Shown here one piece after another: positions 63,634-64,000 of a stretch of DNA of 64,000 nt. The number at the start of each line of letters is the position of its first letter. Positions within the stretch are counted from its first letter, which is position 1. The translations under genes were made by a program, and so were the position numbers. This DNA comes from Dehalococcoidia bacterium (lineage in GTDB: Bacteria; Chloroflexota; Dehalococcoidia; UBA2979), in NCBI GenBank assembly GCA_963667465.2, contig CAXXDN010000001.1, positions 1 to 64,000 on the forward strand, given 5' to 3'. The notes below the pieces were generated by a model, which ran no database searches, was not told where the DNA came from, and saw only the letters and a program-made list of their open reading frames with translations.

Positions 63634-64000
63634 ATGACGACCACCGAGCGGCGCTACCCGAAGATCACCGACGAGGGCGTGACCGCGATGCGCGCGCGCG
63701 TCGGGATCCCCGCGAAGCGCGACGACCGCGGAAAGTACACCCAGATCAACGCCGACGCCGCGCGCGGCTACTCGATCGCCACCGGCGACCTCAACCCGCT
63801 CTACGTCGACGCCAACCACGCGCGCGCCAGCCGCTGGGGCGACACTGTCGCGCCTCCCGGCATCCTGCTCGCCACCGGCGAGCCGGAGGGCCGCGACATC
63901 ACTCCCGAGGAGCGCGAGGCCGGGCGCGGCGGCGCCCTGCCCGGCGTCCACGGCATGTTCGCCGGCCGCGATTTCGAGTGGTACGCGCCCATGCTCGCCG
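63634..64000 (+). CDS. MaoC-like dehydratase (partial, runs off the window)
   Basis: RBS ggagagg; GYSIATGDLNPLYVDANHARASRWGDTVAPP, GVHGMFAGRDFEWYAP. Confidence 0.82.
   Translation, partial: MTTTERRYPKITDEGVTAMRARVGIPAKRDDRGKYTQINADAARGYSIATGDLNPLYVDANHARASRWGDTVAPPGILLATGEPEGRDITPEEREAGRGGALPGVHGMFAGRDFEWYAPMLA

Overview
This is a very GC-rich bacterial chromosomal segment. The gene content (a heteromeric acyl-CoA dehydrogenase pair, Zn-ADHs, PT-linker lipoproteins, many small toxin-antitoxin modules, Calx-beta/Ig-like surface proteins) suggests Chloroflexota (Dehalococcoidia/SAR202-like), possibly host-associated; that assignment is inference. The first 13 kb is the most unusual part. (i) Two convergent paralogous operons each encode an Ig-like surface protein plus a small PxTG-anchored protein, with near-identical ends and divergent middles. 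(ii) Between them, a DUF559 nuclease gene sits among REP-like palindromes, and an intact IS110 element is inserted into one REP at a CT core, with bridge-RNA guide segments readable directly in its left end. (iii) A translationally coupled phage packaging module (putative TerS, TerL, Zn/HTH regulator, portal) has host-like composition and no integrase, capsid or tail genes nearby, making it a candidate domesticated, GTA-like locus. The rest holds housekeeping and metabolic genes (ECF sigma/anti-sigma, yqeK, htpX, ACADs, DipZ-like thioredoxins, MFS/ABC/MMPL transporters, two ispH copies, lipB-lipA-aceE-aceF-lpdA, ABC-F). It also holds a large adhesin whose start is frameshifted by a G13 tract, and several cassettes bracketed by duplicated sequence. 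All calls come from reading the sequence and translations by eye; no database searches were run.
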